IMG/VR virus record: IMGVR_UViG_3300011271_000002
Span: 40,423-104,422 of that record
From: a virus
Length of the DNA stretch: 64,000 nt
Strand: one strand, 5' to 3'
Shown here: positions 45,555 to 54,157 of the stretch, piece after piece
Layout of the letters: each line of letters starts with the position of its first letter
How positions within the stretch are numbered: the stretch's first letter is position 1
Made by a program: the position numbers and the translations under genes
Notes under the pieces: generated by a model
The model's input: only the letters and a program-made list of their open reading frames with translations
The model's database searches: none
Told to the model about the DNA's origin: nothing

Positions 45555-47101
45555 GCGGATGCCGCCTCTCGCAGTTCTCGCGCCTCGCGCTTCGTGGTGA
45601 CCCAGCGGGCAAGTTCCTCAAGCACGGCCTTTACCCATCCCCATGAACGGGGCCGTAAATCAGCTTTTTCAATGCAAAGCTTATAGCGATTGTATAGCCT
45701 GGAGACCGCGACCTCTGTCGGTATTTCGCAACGAGTGATGATCCTAATCGCGGCGCGCATGATTTTAGTATCGGCCTCAAGCTGCACTTTTATCCAGGGT
45801 TGGAACTGTAGCAGCCCACGCCGTAGAAGATCGATATCTTCTGATTCCAGAAGTTGCCCGTATGCCGGCGGTTTCCGCGGGGGTTGGGTTTTGGTTTGGG
45901 GTTGAGTTGGATTTATGAGTTCGGCTGAATCAAAGGTTTTCAGATTAGAGAAACCCACTAATGATACGGGCATGAGTGGATCGGACAAAGTGTCCGATGG
46001 ACCAGTTGAGATATTCTCTTTATCCACAGGCTTTTCAACAGGCTTGGCGGTGGATCGCAGGAAGTACAACGAAGCAGACCGATAGCGCCTTTTGATCCAA
46101 ATCAGACCCTTCTCCACAAGTTCTTGTGTCCAGCGAGTTACTGACCGGCTCGAACTTTCCAGTTTAGCGGCAAGCCACCGCTGGCGAGGATTGCAGGTCT
46201 CGAGGCCGCGCGATACTCGGACAAGCAGCGCCATAAGCTCCCGTGCGCCACGGCTGAGTCCGCGGCCGGCCCAGGCGTCATGCAAGACAGTGCCCGGGCC
46301 TTTGGGGTAGCCTTTCTGTGTCGGCCATGGCGGGCGCTGTACGGGCGCTGCGCTGGGGACTGCCGCTATACATTCCACCATGCCTATGTATGGTGGAGAC
46401 TGCTCAAGTTGTTGATTCTTGGTTTCCGAAACCATACATCTGCATTCCGTGCTGATATTATCAGACGGTTCTGCAGTCTCACGGAGCTCGAGAACCTGCT
46501 GGCTACCATCAGGGAGGATGTGGGAGGATGTGGGAGGATGTGGGAGCGGTTGGGAAGATTCAGTAGTATCTAACAGTTGAGAGGAGTCGACTTCCACTTT
46601 TTCTCCTTCATTTGAGGCCGTCGATTGGGGTGTCGCGTCGACACCCTGGCTCACTTGACCGCACGCGCCGGGGTCCAGCGCCTCATCGCCAGCATCGCAG
46701 CCGCCGATTCGGGCCGCGATCCGTTCGATGGTCGACGCTGCGCTCATCATCCCTCCGCCGCGACTTCCGGTAAAACGCGGTAAATCGGTGGCGCAGAGTG
46801 GAACGGTTTCCGACATAGATCGTTGATTCGATTCATTCGAATGCTGGGCACAAGGTGGTAGTGACTGGCGGTAAAACGCGGTAGAAACAGCGGCTGGCGG
46901 TGGCGTCGTGCCTGAAGGTGTACAATCGTGGTAAAGCTGACTTTTTGAGCTAGGCGTTGATTGCGGGTAGTTCTGGCGGGCTCGCCACCGCGCCTGCTGT
47001 TCCTGGTAGATCTGGTCTGCCTCGGCCCTGGTGACGCGCTCGCCAGTGGGCAGGACTACAAAGGTATGGCTTTTTGGATTAGAACCAGTTATAATTGGCA
47101 C
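45551..47101 (-). CDS. Replication initiator with winged-HTH domain and long disordered N-terminus
   Basis: SD AAGGAGG before GTG 47101; CNPRQRWLAAKLESSSRSVTRWTQELVEKGLI HTH; PVEKPVDK linker; C-terminal RSWGWVKAVL. Confidence 0.7.
   Translation of the reverse strand: MPIITGSNPKSHTFVVLPTGERVTRAEADQIYQEQQARWRARQNYPQSTPSSKSQLYHDCTPSGTTPPPAAVSTAFYRQSLPPCAQHSNESNQRSMSETVPLCATDLPRFTGSRGGGMMSAASTIERIAARIGGCDAGDEALDPGACGQVSQGVDATPQSTASNEGEKVEVDSSQLLDTTESSQPLPHPPTSSHILPDGSQQVLELRETAEPSDNISTECRCMVSETKNQQLEQSPPYIGMVECIAAVPSAAPVQRPPWPTQKGYPKGPGTVLHDAWAGRGLSRGARELMALLVRVSRGLETCNPRQRWLAAKLESSSRSVTRWTQELVEKGLIWIKRRYRSASLYFLRSTAKPVEKPVDKENISTGPSDTLSDPLMPVSLVGFSNLKTFDSAELINPTQPQTKTQPPRKPPAYGQLLESEDIDLLRRGLLQFQPWIKVQLEADTKIMRAAIRIITRCEIPTEVAVSRLYNRYKLCIEKADLRPRSWGWVKAVLEELARWVTTKREARELREAASA
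46020..46040 (+). promoter_or_regulatory. DnaA box plus degenerate second box
   Basis: TTATCCACA at 46020-46028 and TTTTCAACA at 46032-46040, inside the rep gene. Confidence 0.6.
46512..46546 (+). repeat. 10-bp tandem repeat, iteron-like
   Basis: GGGAGGATGT x3 plus partial GGGAG. Confidence 0.7.
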
Positions 47102-47165
47102 GTCAAGCCCTCCTTGGGCCGACTCCGCGATTCGTCGTCGCGGGTGATCTGTGGTCTTGGATTCG

Positions 47166-47189
47166 GGCCGGCCTTCGGGTCGGCCTTTT
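47166..47189 (+). terminator. Rho-independent terminator
   Basis: GGCCGGCC-TTCG-GGTCGGCC-TTTT. Confidence 0.6.
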
Positions 47190-47309
47190 GCTTCTAAGGC
47201 GAAAATAAACTGTACACCCACTCCAGCCGATTTGCAAATTTATCTATTAGTGGGCTGGCTCAAGTCAGGACACGCCGCTAATTGTGGCGCTGCCGATTTA
47301 CCACTTATT

Positions 47310-47813
47310 TTAATGGAATTTTTTGTTACTCACTAGAGAGGCCATCAGCCCGATCCTGAGACCAGCCTCAAAGGACGCGGCGGCCTGCTGATGGATGAAC
47401 ATTCCGGCCGTCTTGCGCTGCTCAATAGTGAGAGTCCGAAATTGCTCTGACAACGCACTTCTCTGTTTTTCGACACACTCGCCCCAATCATCGCCCCACA
47501 GCCGCTTCTTGGCGTAGTACAACACCCCGTAGGCTGCGAACTCACCGAATCCCTCGCAATGCAGTGCGGCCGCAATAGGCGCAAGTGATTTCGTATGGCG
47601 CTCCCGCTCGGATCTAGCGGCGGCTTCCTCGCGTTCTTTTGGATCAGTCGATTTACGGGACGGGCGCTTCTTTCCTTTCGCGCCCAACAATGCCGCATTC
47701 GGGCCGATCAATTCCTCAATCAGCGCAGAAGCTGCGGATCCCGGAACTCCAACTCCTGACCGCTGAAGCGCGTCCTTCATCGCGTCATTGCGCCTGATTT
47801 GTGCTTTGTTCAT
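47310..47813 (-). CDS. Hypothetical protein
   Basis: ATGA-coupled to the RHH gene. Confidence 0.65.
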   Translation of the reverse strand: MNKAQIRRNDAMKDALQRSGVGVPGSAASALIEELIGPNAALLGAKGKKRPSRKSTDPKEREEAAARSERERHTKSLAPIAAALHCEGFGEFAAYGVLYYAKKRLWGDDWGECVEKQRSALSEQFRTLTIEQRKTAGMFIHQQAAASFEAGLRIGLMASLVSNKKFH

Positions 47814-47953
47814 AATTTGGCTTTCAGCGCCCGCGCCATCAACACAAGAATCATCTGACTGCGATTGCGCGATTCGAGCTTAGCCGCCTGATCGAGCAGG
47901 CGAAGCAATTCGCGAGGAATACGAAGTGATACCGGCATACTGGGCGACGTCAT
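47810..47953 (-). CDS. Ribbon-helix-helix (CopG-like) repressor, 47 aa
   Basis: MTSPSMPVSLRIPRELLRLLDQAAKLESRNRSQMILVLMARALKAKL*; below the ORF-track cutoff. Confidence 0.8.
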   Translation of the reverse strand: MTSPSMPVSLRIPRELLRLLDQAAKLESRNRSQMILVLMARALKAKL

Positions 47954-47960
47954 ACAGTAC

Positions 47961-47990
47961 ATCGTAAGACAACGCATGGCAAAAAGGCAA
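47961..47990 (-). promoter_or_regulatory. Promoter for a leaderless RHH transcript
   Basis: TTGCCT-N18-TACGAT-N7-ATG. Confidence 0.5.
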
Positions 47991-48097
47991 GGGGCGGTGG
48001 TGCTGAATGAACGAATGAACTATGTGTTAACGTAGTTCGAAGGGGTTCGAACACCCCCCCCACTCGAACTACATTTCACGCAGTATCAAGGCGACTT

Positions 48098-48394
48098 TCA
48101 CGGCAGGCTCTCCCAGAACGCTTCGAAGCGCTCTGCAGTCAGCCCGCCGGTCGCCGGGTAGAGTAGAACGCGGTCCTTCGAATGAAACACGCACTGACCA
48201 GCCGAATTGAAGATCTGCACCTCGCGGCCTCGCCTGATGTCGTCGCGCACGAAGGCCCGCTCAAGTCCCGAGATTATCTCGACCGCGCGGTCGGTTGGCG
48301 TGCGCCGCGTGTAGCTCGTGCCGACAGGCCTGTCCGAGTTCTCGTGAAAGGTCAAGACAGTGAGGCGGCCGGCGCGTGAGTCGCTATAGGTCAC
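48098..48394 (-). CDS. Hypothetical protein
   Basis: GTGA-coupled ORF. Confidence 0.6.
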   Translation of the reverse strand: MTYSDSRAGRLTVLTFHENSDRPVGTSYTRRTPTDRAVEIISGLERAFVRDDIRRGREVQIFNSAGQCVFHSKDRVLLYPATGGLTAERFEAFWESLP

Positions 48395-48795
48395 TGCTTA
48401 CGCCGACTTGCCCATCTAGCCGAACACATTCCTTTATGTTGAGCCGGGGCGCCACACGAACATGGAGGGCGGGGAATATACTTTCCGAGCAATTTGTAAA
48501 CATGACAAATTCTTCGACGCGATAAACCAGAGAGGCGCGCCGCTTCATAAAAGCCAACGCCGGCCCGATAGAGAGGCAGAACATCGATAGCGCATGCAAA
48601 CAGATTCCGTCTGACGTACCGGGCATTCTGGATGTACGTTTTTCCACAATACGCGCATCGATATCTTTGCCTATGGCCGTATTTTCTGGTCTTGTGAAAT
48701 CCAATCTTCCAGAAATGATGAGTGCAGTTGGACCCGAAGCGAGCGGACTCAAGGCGATGCAGCAATTGCTGCTTGTGCTGCTGATCTAACTCCAA
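48391..48795 (-). CDS. InsA-like zinc ribbon-HTH protein (paralog of 31366..31842)
   Basis: RKYGHRQRYRCAYCGKTY, EAARLSGLSRRRI, CSCGAPAQHKGMC. Confidence 0.65.
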   Translation of the reverse strand: MELDQQHKQQLLHRLESARFGSNCTHHFWKIGFHKTRKYGHRQRYRCAYCGKTYIQNARYVRRNLFACAIDVLPLYRAGVGFYEAARLSGLSRRRICHVYKLLGKYIPRPPCSCGAPAQHKGMCSARWASRRKQ

Positions 48796-49453
48796 TTAAA
48801 TTTCCAATCCGTCTGGTGATCCCGATACGGCGCCTCCTTATCGCAGTTGGTCTGTCTCGGCCTGGTGGTCACCGGACTATTTTAGACGCTTGATCCAGCA
48901 AGTAGTCCAGCCCGACAATGGTGCGCGGAATTCTACGGCCTCGGAAAAGTTTACGGGCTCGTAAAAATTTAACCGTCATTGTCGGTGGCGACTCCCAGCG
49001 ACTTCAGCACGGCCCTGCAGGCGTCCTGAAACTGGCTCGTCGCTGCCTGATCGGGCAGGTACATCAGTCCATCAACAGGAGCGACTGGCAGCCCTTCCGC
49101 CTTCGCTTGGTCCACGAGCTTGGAGAAAGCGCATTCGGTTGCGAAATTGACCTTGCTCGCATCGCTCTTTTTTGGTTTTGCCACATTGATTGTTCCCATG
49201 TATAATCTCCGTTAGGTCAAATTTTTCACTGAGCGTCTATAAAATCCAACTTTCCTAGAGCATTGCGACGCAGCGATCCGAGCATCTCATTTTGATGTTT
49301 CCAGATAGGATCCGGTATTCGCCTGGGCCATACGTTAGCGAAATTAAGACCAAGCTCATCGGCTACTTTCCGTCCCTGTTCGATGCTGCGAATTGTCTTC
49401 TGCCCCGGCTCTCCATTTCCGCAACGTCCACTCCATTCCATCCACATATAAAG

Positions 49454-49741
49454 TCAATCCCAGTCCGGAATCTCCACCGTCTGCCCGGCGAGTTTATGCC
49501 AGCAGTCCGATAGAAATTGGATCCGCCCGTCAGTCACGAACGAGTGGCAGCGCCGCGCCGGATCATCGCCGTCGCATAGCAGTGACGGGTTGAATGTCGG
49601 CTTGTCGAAGGAGCCGTTCCAGGTCCATCGCGGTACATGAAAGCCGTGGCCGCGCTCGCAGCCTGGGCAATGAAAGACATACAGCGTCTGCACGCCTTGA
49701 TTACCGGTGTCGCCAGTGCCCGCCTCGTGAATCTTCGCCAT
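49454..49741 (-). CDS. DUF6527-like Cys/His protein
   Basis: FHCPGC..H, WTWNGSFDKPTFNPSLL, RCHSFVTDGRIQFLSDCWHKLAGQTV. Confidence 0.75.
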   Translation of the reverse strand: MAKIHEAGTGDTGNQGVQTLYVFHCPGCERGHGFHVPRWTWNGSFDKPTFNPSLLCDGDDPARRCHSFVTDGRIQFLSDCWHKLAGQTVEIPDWD

Positions 49742-49960
49742 ATCACTCCACCCGCACGAGATCCCGCAACGCCTCTACCAACGAATCGCGCAGTGCCGCG
49801 TGGTCCGCTGGCGAAAGCCGGTCATCGGCTGAAAGGGCAATCGGCTCGAAGCGGCCCTCAAGATTTACGCGGCCCGTGATATTTGCTTCGTGAATGCGCG
49901 AAGGAAGGATACGACGGCCGGAATTGTCGCAATGCGGTTCGTCGATTGTCGAATCGTGGC

Positions 49961-50419
49961 TCATTTGCTTTTTAGGCCAAACAAAAAACGCACTCCGATG
50001 ATAACGCAGATCGCGCACACGAGGCGTCCGGATATCAGCCAGGCTTCGTATTCGGTGGTGGGCACGATAGTTTTTTGCAGATCGGCAAGCGAGCCAATAG
50101 CAACACTGACTTGATTGTAGGTGAGCTGTTGACGTATCAGCTCTATTTTCGATTTGATCAGATTGCCAGAAGGACGATACTGCATCGCGATGATCGCGGT
50201 GATTCGCTCGATCATCATTCCAGAAAGCACCCAACAGAAACCGGCGGCAAGATCGCCGCGATCTTTAACCCGGAAGATCCTCCAGACGCCGGCGGCGCAG
50301 AACACAATCTCGCTGGCCAATATTAGCAAAAGCAAAACTACAATCGGCCCTCTCATATGTGCCCGCCATTGGTCGCAATTCGCAAGAGAAGGCCAAGGAT
50401 AGACACGGCGGCCGCCCAC
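49961..50419 (-). CDS. Three-TM membrane protein
   Basis: Hydrophobic segments; real start probably MRGPIVV. Confidence 0.6.
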   Translation of the reverse strand: MGGRRVYPWPSLANCDQWRAHMRGPIVVLLLLILASEIVFCAAGVWRIFRVKDRGDLAAGFCWVLSGMMIERITAIIAMQYRPSGNLIKSKIELIRQQLTYNQVSVAIGSLADLQKTIVPTTEYEAWLISGRLVCAICVIIGVRFLFGLKSK

Positions 50420-50831
50420 AACAAATAAGTCTTCAATTCAATTCCAGCGATAGTCACTTTCTGCTGCGTCTCCTCTTTTGCCGTGATTCTCTGCGTCTCC
50501 GCGTCAACCATCAATTGCGCGATCTGGCGATCCTTGGCATCCAGCTTCGTCTCGAACCCTTGGGCCGCGATCTTCCCTGTTATTTCGGCGTTCTGGCGGG
50601 AAACTGCCGCCTCGACATTCATTACCTTCTCCTTGATGTCGGAAGAAACCTTAGCCTGCTCTTCGAATTTTAAGCGGATAGCCTTCGCATCTTCTTCCCG
50701 CTTTTTCGCATCCTCCTCTTGCCTTTGCGCGATGGTATCCAGCCGTTTGTCTAAGCCGGCCAGCGTGCCGTGCAGTTGGTCGAGGGACGATTTATCGAGA
50801 TCACGGCCTGCCAGATAGACTCCTCGTCCAA
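50353..50831 (-). pseudogene. Coiled-coil protein with C-terminal TM, apparent 1-bp frameshift near 50788
   Basis: The coiled-coil frame extends about 70 codons upstream of ATG 50622 without a canonical start; a TTG-started frame joins it if one base is restored. Confidence 0.4.
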
Positions 50832-50907
50832 CGTCGAACGGCTTGGACTACTTCCTATTTTCGCATGGGCTTCCAGCCAGCCCGCGCCAGTTCAAGTAGC
50901 CCCTGGT

Positions 50908-51612
50908 TCAAGTAGCCGCTGTCTTCGCCGCTATCGCCTCATCGAGCTTCGCTGCAGTGATGGGCTCCTTTGAAGGCAACGATGGTGGTCTGTGTCCACG
51001 GCGAGGGCTGGAAGTCAGCGCAAGTTCGATAGTCCACCCACGGGAAAGTCTCCTCCTCACAGTAGATTGATTGAGCGACGTCTTCTCAATCATGCTAACA
51101 AAAACATCGGTCTCGCCGCGAAAGCTAACGTACACATTTGTACAAGCGTTGCGCATTTGCTGGGACTGGGTCGCCCAACGGACGTTTCCGGGCTCGTAGT
51201 TCCCATCGTTGTTCGGGAATCGGTCAAGCGAATGCTGTTTGCTCGGTCGTTTGCCAACATCGGCCAGAAAGTTCGGGAAAGAATGTAGCCATCTTTCGCA
51301 TACGTTAATTCCGCGCCCACCGTAGCGGTCATAGTGTTTATTTTTCGGGTTCAGGCATCTCTGCTTGATTCCCTTCCAGATCGTGTATTCTGTGGTTTCG
51401 ATGCCGCCGTGCTTAGTTTTGTGCACACACCCGCACGAAACCGAAGATCCGTTTTCGATGTTGCCCGCTTGAACATCGCGAATCAAACCACAGATGCAGC
51501 GACATTTCCAATATAGCGGCGATCCGGGCGGTCTCGGTCTATCCGCCGGCCCCTCAATGAACCAATGGTTAACCCATTGTCCCGTTCTGTTTGGTAATCT
51601 GTGGTAGGCCAT
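50908..51612 (-). CDS. HNH-like homing endonuclease (YGGRGI family)
   Basis: WKCRCICG, SCGC, IWKGIKQRC, YGGRGINVCERW, SLDR..NNDGNYEPGNVRWAT. Confidence 0.85.
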   Translation of the reverse strand: MAYHRLPNRTGQWVNHWFIEGPADRPRPPGSPLYWKCRCICGLIRDVQAGNIENGSSVSCGCVHKTKHGGIETTEYTIWKGIKQRCLNPKNKHYDRYGGRGINVCERWLHSFPNFLADVGKRPSKQHSLDRFPNNDGNYEPGNVRWATQSQQMRNACTNVYVSFRGETDVFVSMIEKTSLNQSTVRRRLSRGWTIELALTSSPRRGHRPPSLPSKEPITAAKLDEAIAAKTAAT

Positions 51613-51685
51613 TTGATGAACCCTCCTACGGTTCTTCATGGTTGGTCTCGCGTTCTGTGTGAAGCAGTTCGCGAGACCGCTTCGT

Positions 51686-51988
51686 TTAGCTTATCAATTT
51701 TGAAGCGTTTTTGTCCGGAAAGATGGCGTTCGGGGCGGGAGCCTGATTCGCCTCGGCCAGCGCTTGCGGCGTTGACGGCACGCCGACATTTCCACCAGTC
51801 ACGTTATGATCCTTCGCGAAAAACCCCAAAAGCGCAACCAGGATTGCCATCTGCACCTTGCCGTCATGCAGGATCGTGCCGACGTTGCCATCACCGCTAG
51901 CCTGAACGATGCCGAGTATTAGCGAGATCGCACCGAACGCAGTGGTCTTCCAATTCTTGATGATGGGGACAGGAATGTTGATCGTCAT
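51686..51988 (-). CDS. Holin-like small membrane protein
   Basis: SD AAGGAG; NWKTTAFG, two hydrophobic helices, LGFFAKD. Confidence 0.55.
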   Translation of the reverse strand: MTINIPVPIIKNWKTTAFGAISLILGIVQASGDGNVGTILHDGKVQMAILVALLGFFAKDHNVTGGNVGVPSTPQALAEANQAPAPNAIFPDKNASKLIS

Positions 51989-52626
51989 TCGACTATTGCT
52001 CCTTTTGGATCGGCTTGGACTCAGTCTACCGCGAATTGTTTGTGCTATGCTGCCTTCAACTGGCCGCGAGGCCAAATTCAAACGTTAGGGAGAACCAATC
52101 ACTCAATGAAGAACGCAACGAAGAAAAGTTCGAAGGCGGCGCCCGCAAGAAAGAAGAAGTAACGAGGCGCCCTGAGGGCTTGCAGTTGAATTAGGGTTCA
52201 TGCAATCGGGCTGGAGAGATCTGGCCCATTTTTATGCCACTATACATGCGCGGCGTGCCGCCTGAGGCACTCTGGATCAACATGGGCAAACCGAGCAAGC
52301 CCGCGGGCACAGTGATCTTTCCAGGACCTCTGCCTAAAGGCACATGCAGGCACATGCAAGATTGCGCCGAGAGGCATTCTGTTCCGGAATTACAGGCCCG
52401 ATTACGACGGGCCACTGGTCGATTGCTGGTTACGACACTGCGGCATATTCCAATCTGGCAGAAACGCTCGTGCTTCTTAGCTAAAAACAGCAACGGCCCC
52501 GATCGCTCGGAGCCGCGCTGCATCAGATTGAAAATCACTGTTAGCTCAGGCTTGTTTTCCGCGATAGAACTCCTTTCGTTCAAGGATGGTAACACTGCGT
52601 GGTAGGCTTACAGGAAAGGAGTCGCC

Positions 52627-54156
52627 ATGAAACTATTTACCGCCCCGTCTACGTGCGGGCCCAAGCGGAGTGCTCAGGCTTTTTTCGATAGTCCAACCCA
52701 AACGCAATCTACGATGCAACGCCCCGAGATTAATTCCGGAATGCCTCCCCCACTCGGGAAGGGTCTTGCTAATCCCGTCGATAGTAAAAACGTGCGCCAG
52801 CATACGCCTTGGGGCCGTCAGCGCCTTTTCCTGCGTCCATCCATGTCTCAGCCGCCTGATCAAAAACTTTCGATTGACTCCAGTGGTTTTTGCCCACTCA
52901 CTCGTACGCCTAGTCTCTCCGTTAAGCGTCACGAGAAGATCTGGAATCGCTCTGACGGGCTTCGGAGAAGTAGTGAGTGTCCGCTCTTCACTCCAGCCGC
53001 GAACAAGACGCCGCCGCAATGTAGCATCCTTTATTCCCGTCACTTCACACCATTCGGTCAGCGTTCTAGTAACTTCGCCAAGAGTCAAGAAAACAGTGGT
53101 GCGTTTGTTTCTTCCTTGCTCAAGCTTCGTTCCCCATTTGCAATTGTCGGGACTGTATGGGCCATTGTTGTTGACTCTCTCAATGCTGTGCTCAGGCGTT
53201 GGACGGGGACCCATATCGGCGAAAAAAGCGGCGAAATCGTGCCATCGTTCGCAGAGCGTGATGCCTCTCGCTCCATAGTTCTTAAAAGCTTTATTGCTCG
53301 GAGTTTCGCATCGGGATTTCATTTGATGCCACGCGCCATACTCTGGCCTATCGTGAAGTCCGTGGCGATGGTACGATATCTTGGGCATCGGGGAAATTCA
53401 TCCTTTTCTCGGTGCAATAGGGCCGCGCTGCTTACAACAGTAGCGACTCTGTGCATTTTAACAGGATTGTGCCCTACGACAACGGCCCAAACGGTCACGG
53501 TACCAGTAAGAATTGTCTCAACCTTCGAATCGATCGGCACGCTTCGCGCTGTGACTAACGCGAAGAATATCGGCAAGCACAATCTCAGCTTTTGTAACGA
53601 TGGGCAATTTCCGGTCGATCTGCCGCCCGAGCGGATTCTCCAGGCCTTGCCGGATCTACCAATGCTCGACGTTGCGGAAGCGATTACCCTTATGCGCCTG
53701 GCCTACAGTCGCAATTGGAAATTCAGCATCGCCCGATATGCGGAATACGCTCTGATCATCGTGGGAGCCGTGGCTTCAGGTGGCGCGACCGCAGTTTTCG
53801 TAATCTCAGCCAAGGGGCTTTCTAAGATAATTGCCGCGATAGGAATCATGCACGTGGTCGGCGACAAGTTGAAAGGGGAAGTGCCTCCACTTGAGGACTT
53901 CGTTAAAAACGCGCTAATCGATACGATCCACCTTGGCCCGGCCGGCAGCATCAATCAATGCGCGCGTCGCGTCGCATTCACTGGAATTATACATGGGGTC
54001 CACGGCTACAATGTCGTGGTGCAGGTTCCAGTGGCGCCGGCGGCCGCGATTCGAGTTGCCGAAGTTGCACCAGCACCGGCACAGAAGCCGATCCAAGCCG
54101 AAGAGGTTCGCCAGCTCGTGGCTTCCGCGATGAGCCTGGCGCTGTTCAATAATTAA
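52627..54156 (+). CDS. Exported/membrane protein whose 5' end carries an in-frame antisense HNH insertion
   Basis: SD AAAGGAG before ATG 52627; protein-like sequence begins at about 53430 (LLTTVATLCILTGLCPTTTAQTVTVPV); true start uncertain. Confidence 0.5.
   Translation: MKLFTAPSTCGPKRSAQAFFDSPTQTQSTMQRPEINSGMPPPLGKGLANPVDSKNVRQHTPWGRQRLFLRPSMSQPPDQKLSIDSSGFCPLTRTPSLSVKRHEKIWNRSDGLRRSSECPLFTPAANKTPPQCSILYSRHFTPFGQRSSNFAKSQENSGAFVSSLLKLRSPFAIVGTVWAIVVDSLNAVLRRWTGTHIGEKSGEIVPSFAERDASRSIVLKSFIARSFASGFHLMPRAILWPIVKSVAMVRYLGHRGNSSFSRCNRAALLTTVATLCILTGLCPTTTAQTVTVPVRIVSTFESIGTLRAVTNAKNIGKHNLSFCNDGQFPVDLPPERILQALPDLPMLDVAEAITLMRLAYSRNWKFSIARYAEYALIIVGAVASGGATAVFVISAKGLSKIIAAIGIMHVVGDKLKGEVPPLEDFVKNALIDTIHLGPAGSINQCARRVAFTGIIHGVHGYNVVVQVPVAPAAAIRVAEVAPAPAQKPIQAEEVRQLVASAMSLALFNN
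52633..53388 (-). CDS. HNH-like homing endonuclease (YGARGI family) with three C-terminal HTH repeats
   Basis: WHQMKSRC, YGARGITLCERW, SIERVNNNGPYSPDNCKW; three copies of T..G.T.TL.EW...GI....L.RRL..GW..EK.L. Confidence 0.85.
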   Translation of the reverse strand: MPKISYHRHGLHDRPEYGAWHQMKSRCETPSNKAFKNYGARGITLCERWHDFAAFFADMGPRPTPEHSIERVNNNGPYSPDNCKWGTKLEQGRNKRTTVFLTLGEVTRTLTEWCEVTGIKDATLRRRLVRGWSEERTLTTSPKPVRAIPDLLVTLNGETRRTSEWAKTTGVNRKFLIRRLRHGWTQEKALTAPRRMLAHVFTIDGISKTLPEWGRHSGINLGALHRRLRLGWTIEKSLSTPLGPARRRGGK

Positions 54157-54157
54157 A

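Noticed and set aside
46512-46560. CRISPR-like array
   Set aside because: These are 10-bp head-to-tail repeats with no spacers, and no cas genes were seen.
48814-48940. Possible tRNA genes suggested by three TGGTG starts (CACCA ends on the minus strand)
   Set aside because: I could not build a cloverleaf or find a T-loop.
49961-52595. Complete lysis cassette
   Set aside because: Holin-like and membrane genes are present, but no endolysin motif was recognised.
52627-53470. Group I/II intron or intein around the HNH gene
   Set aside because: No space or visible core for a ribozyme, no intein terminal motifs, and the nuclease is antisense. Kept instead as an in-frame antisense insertion finding.
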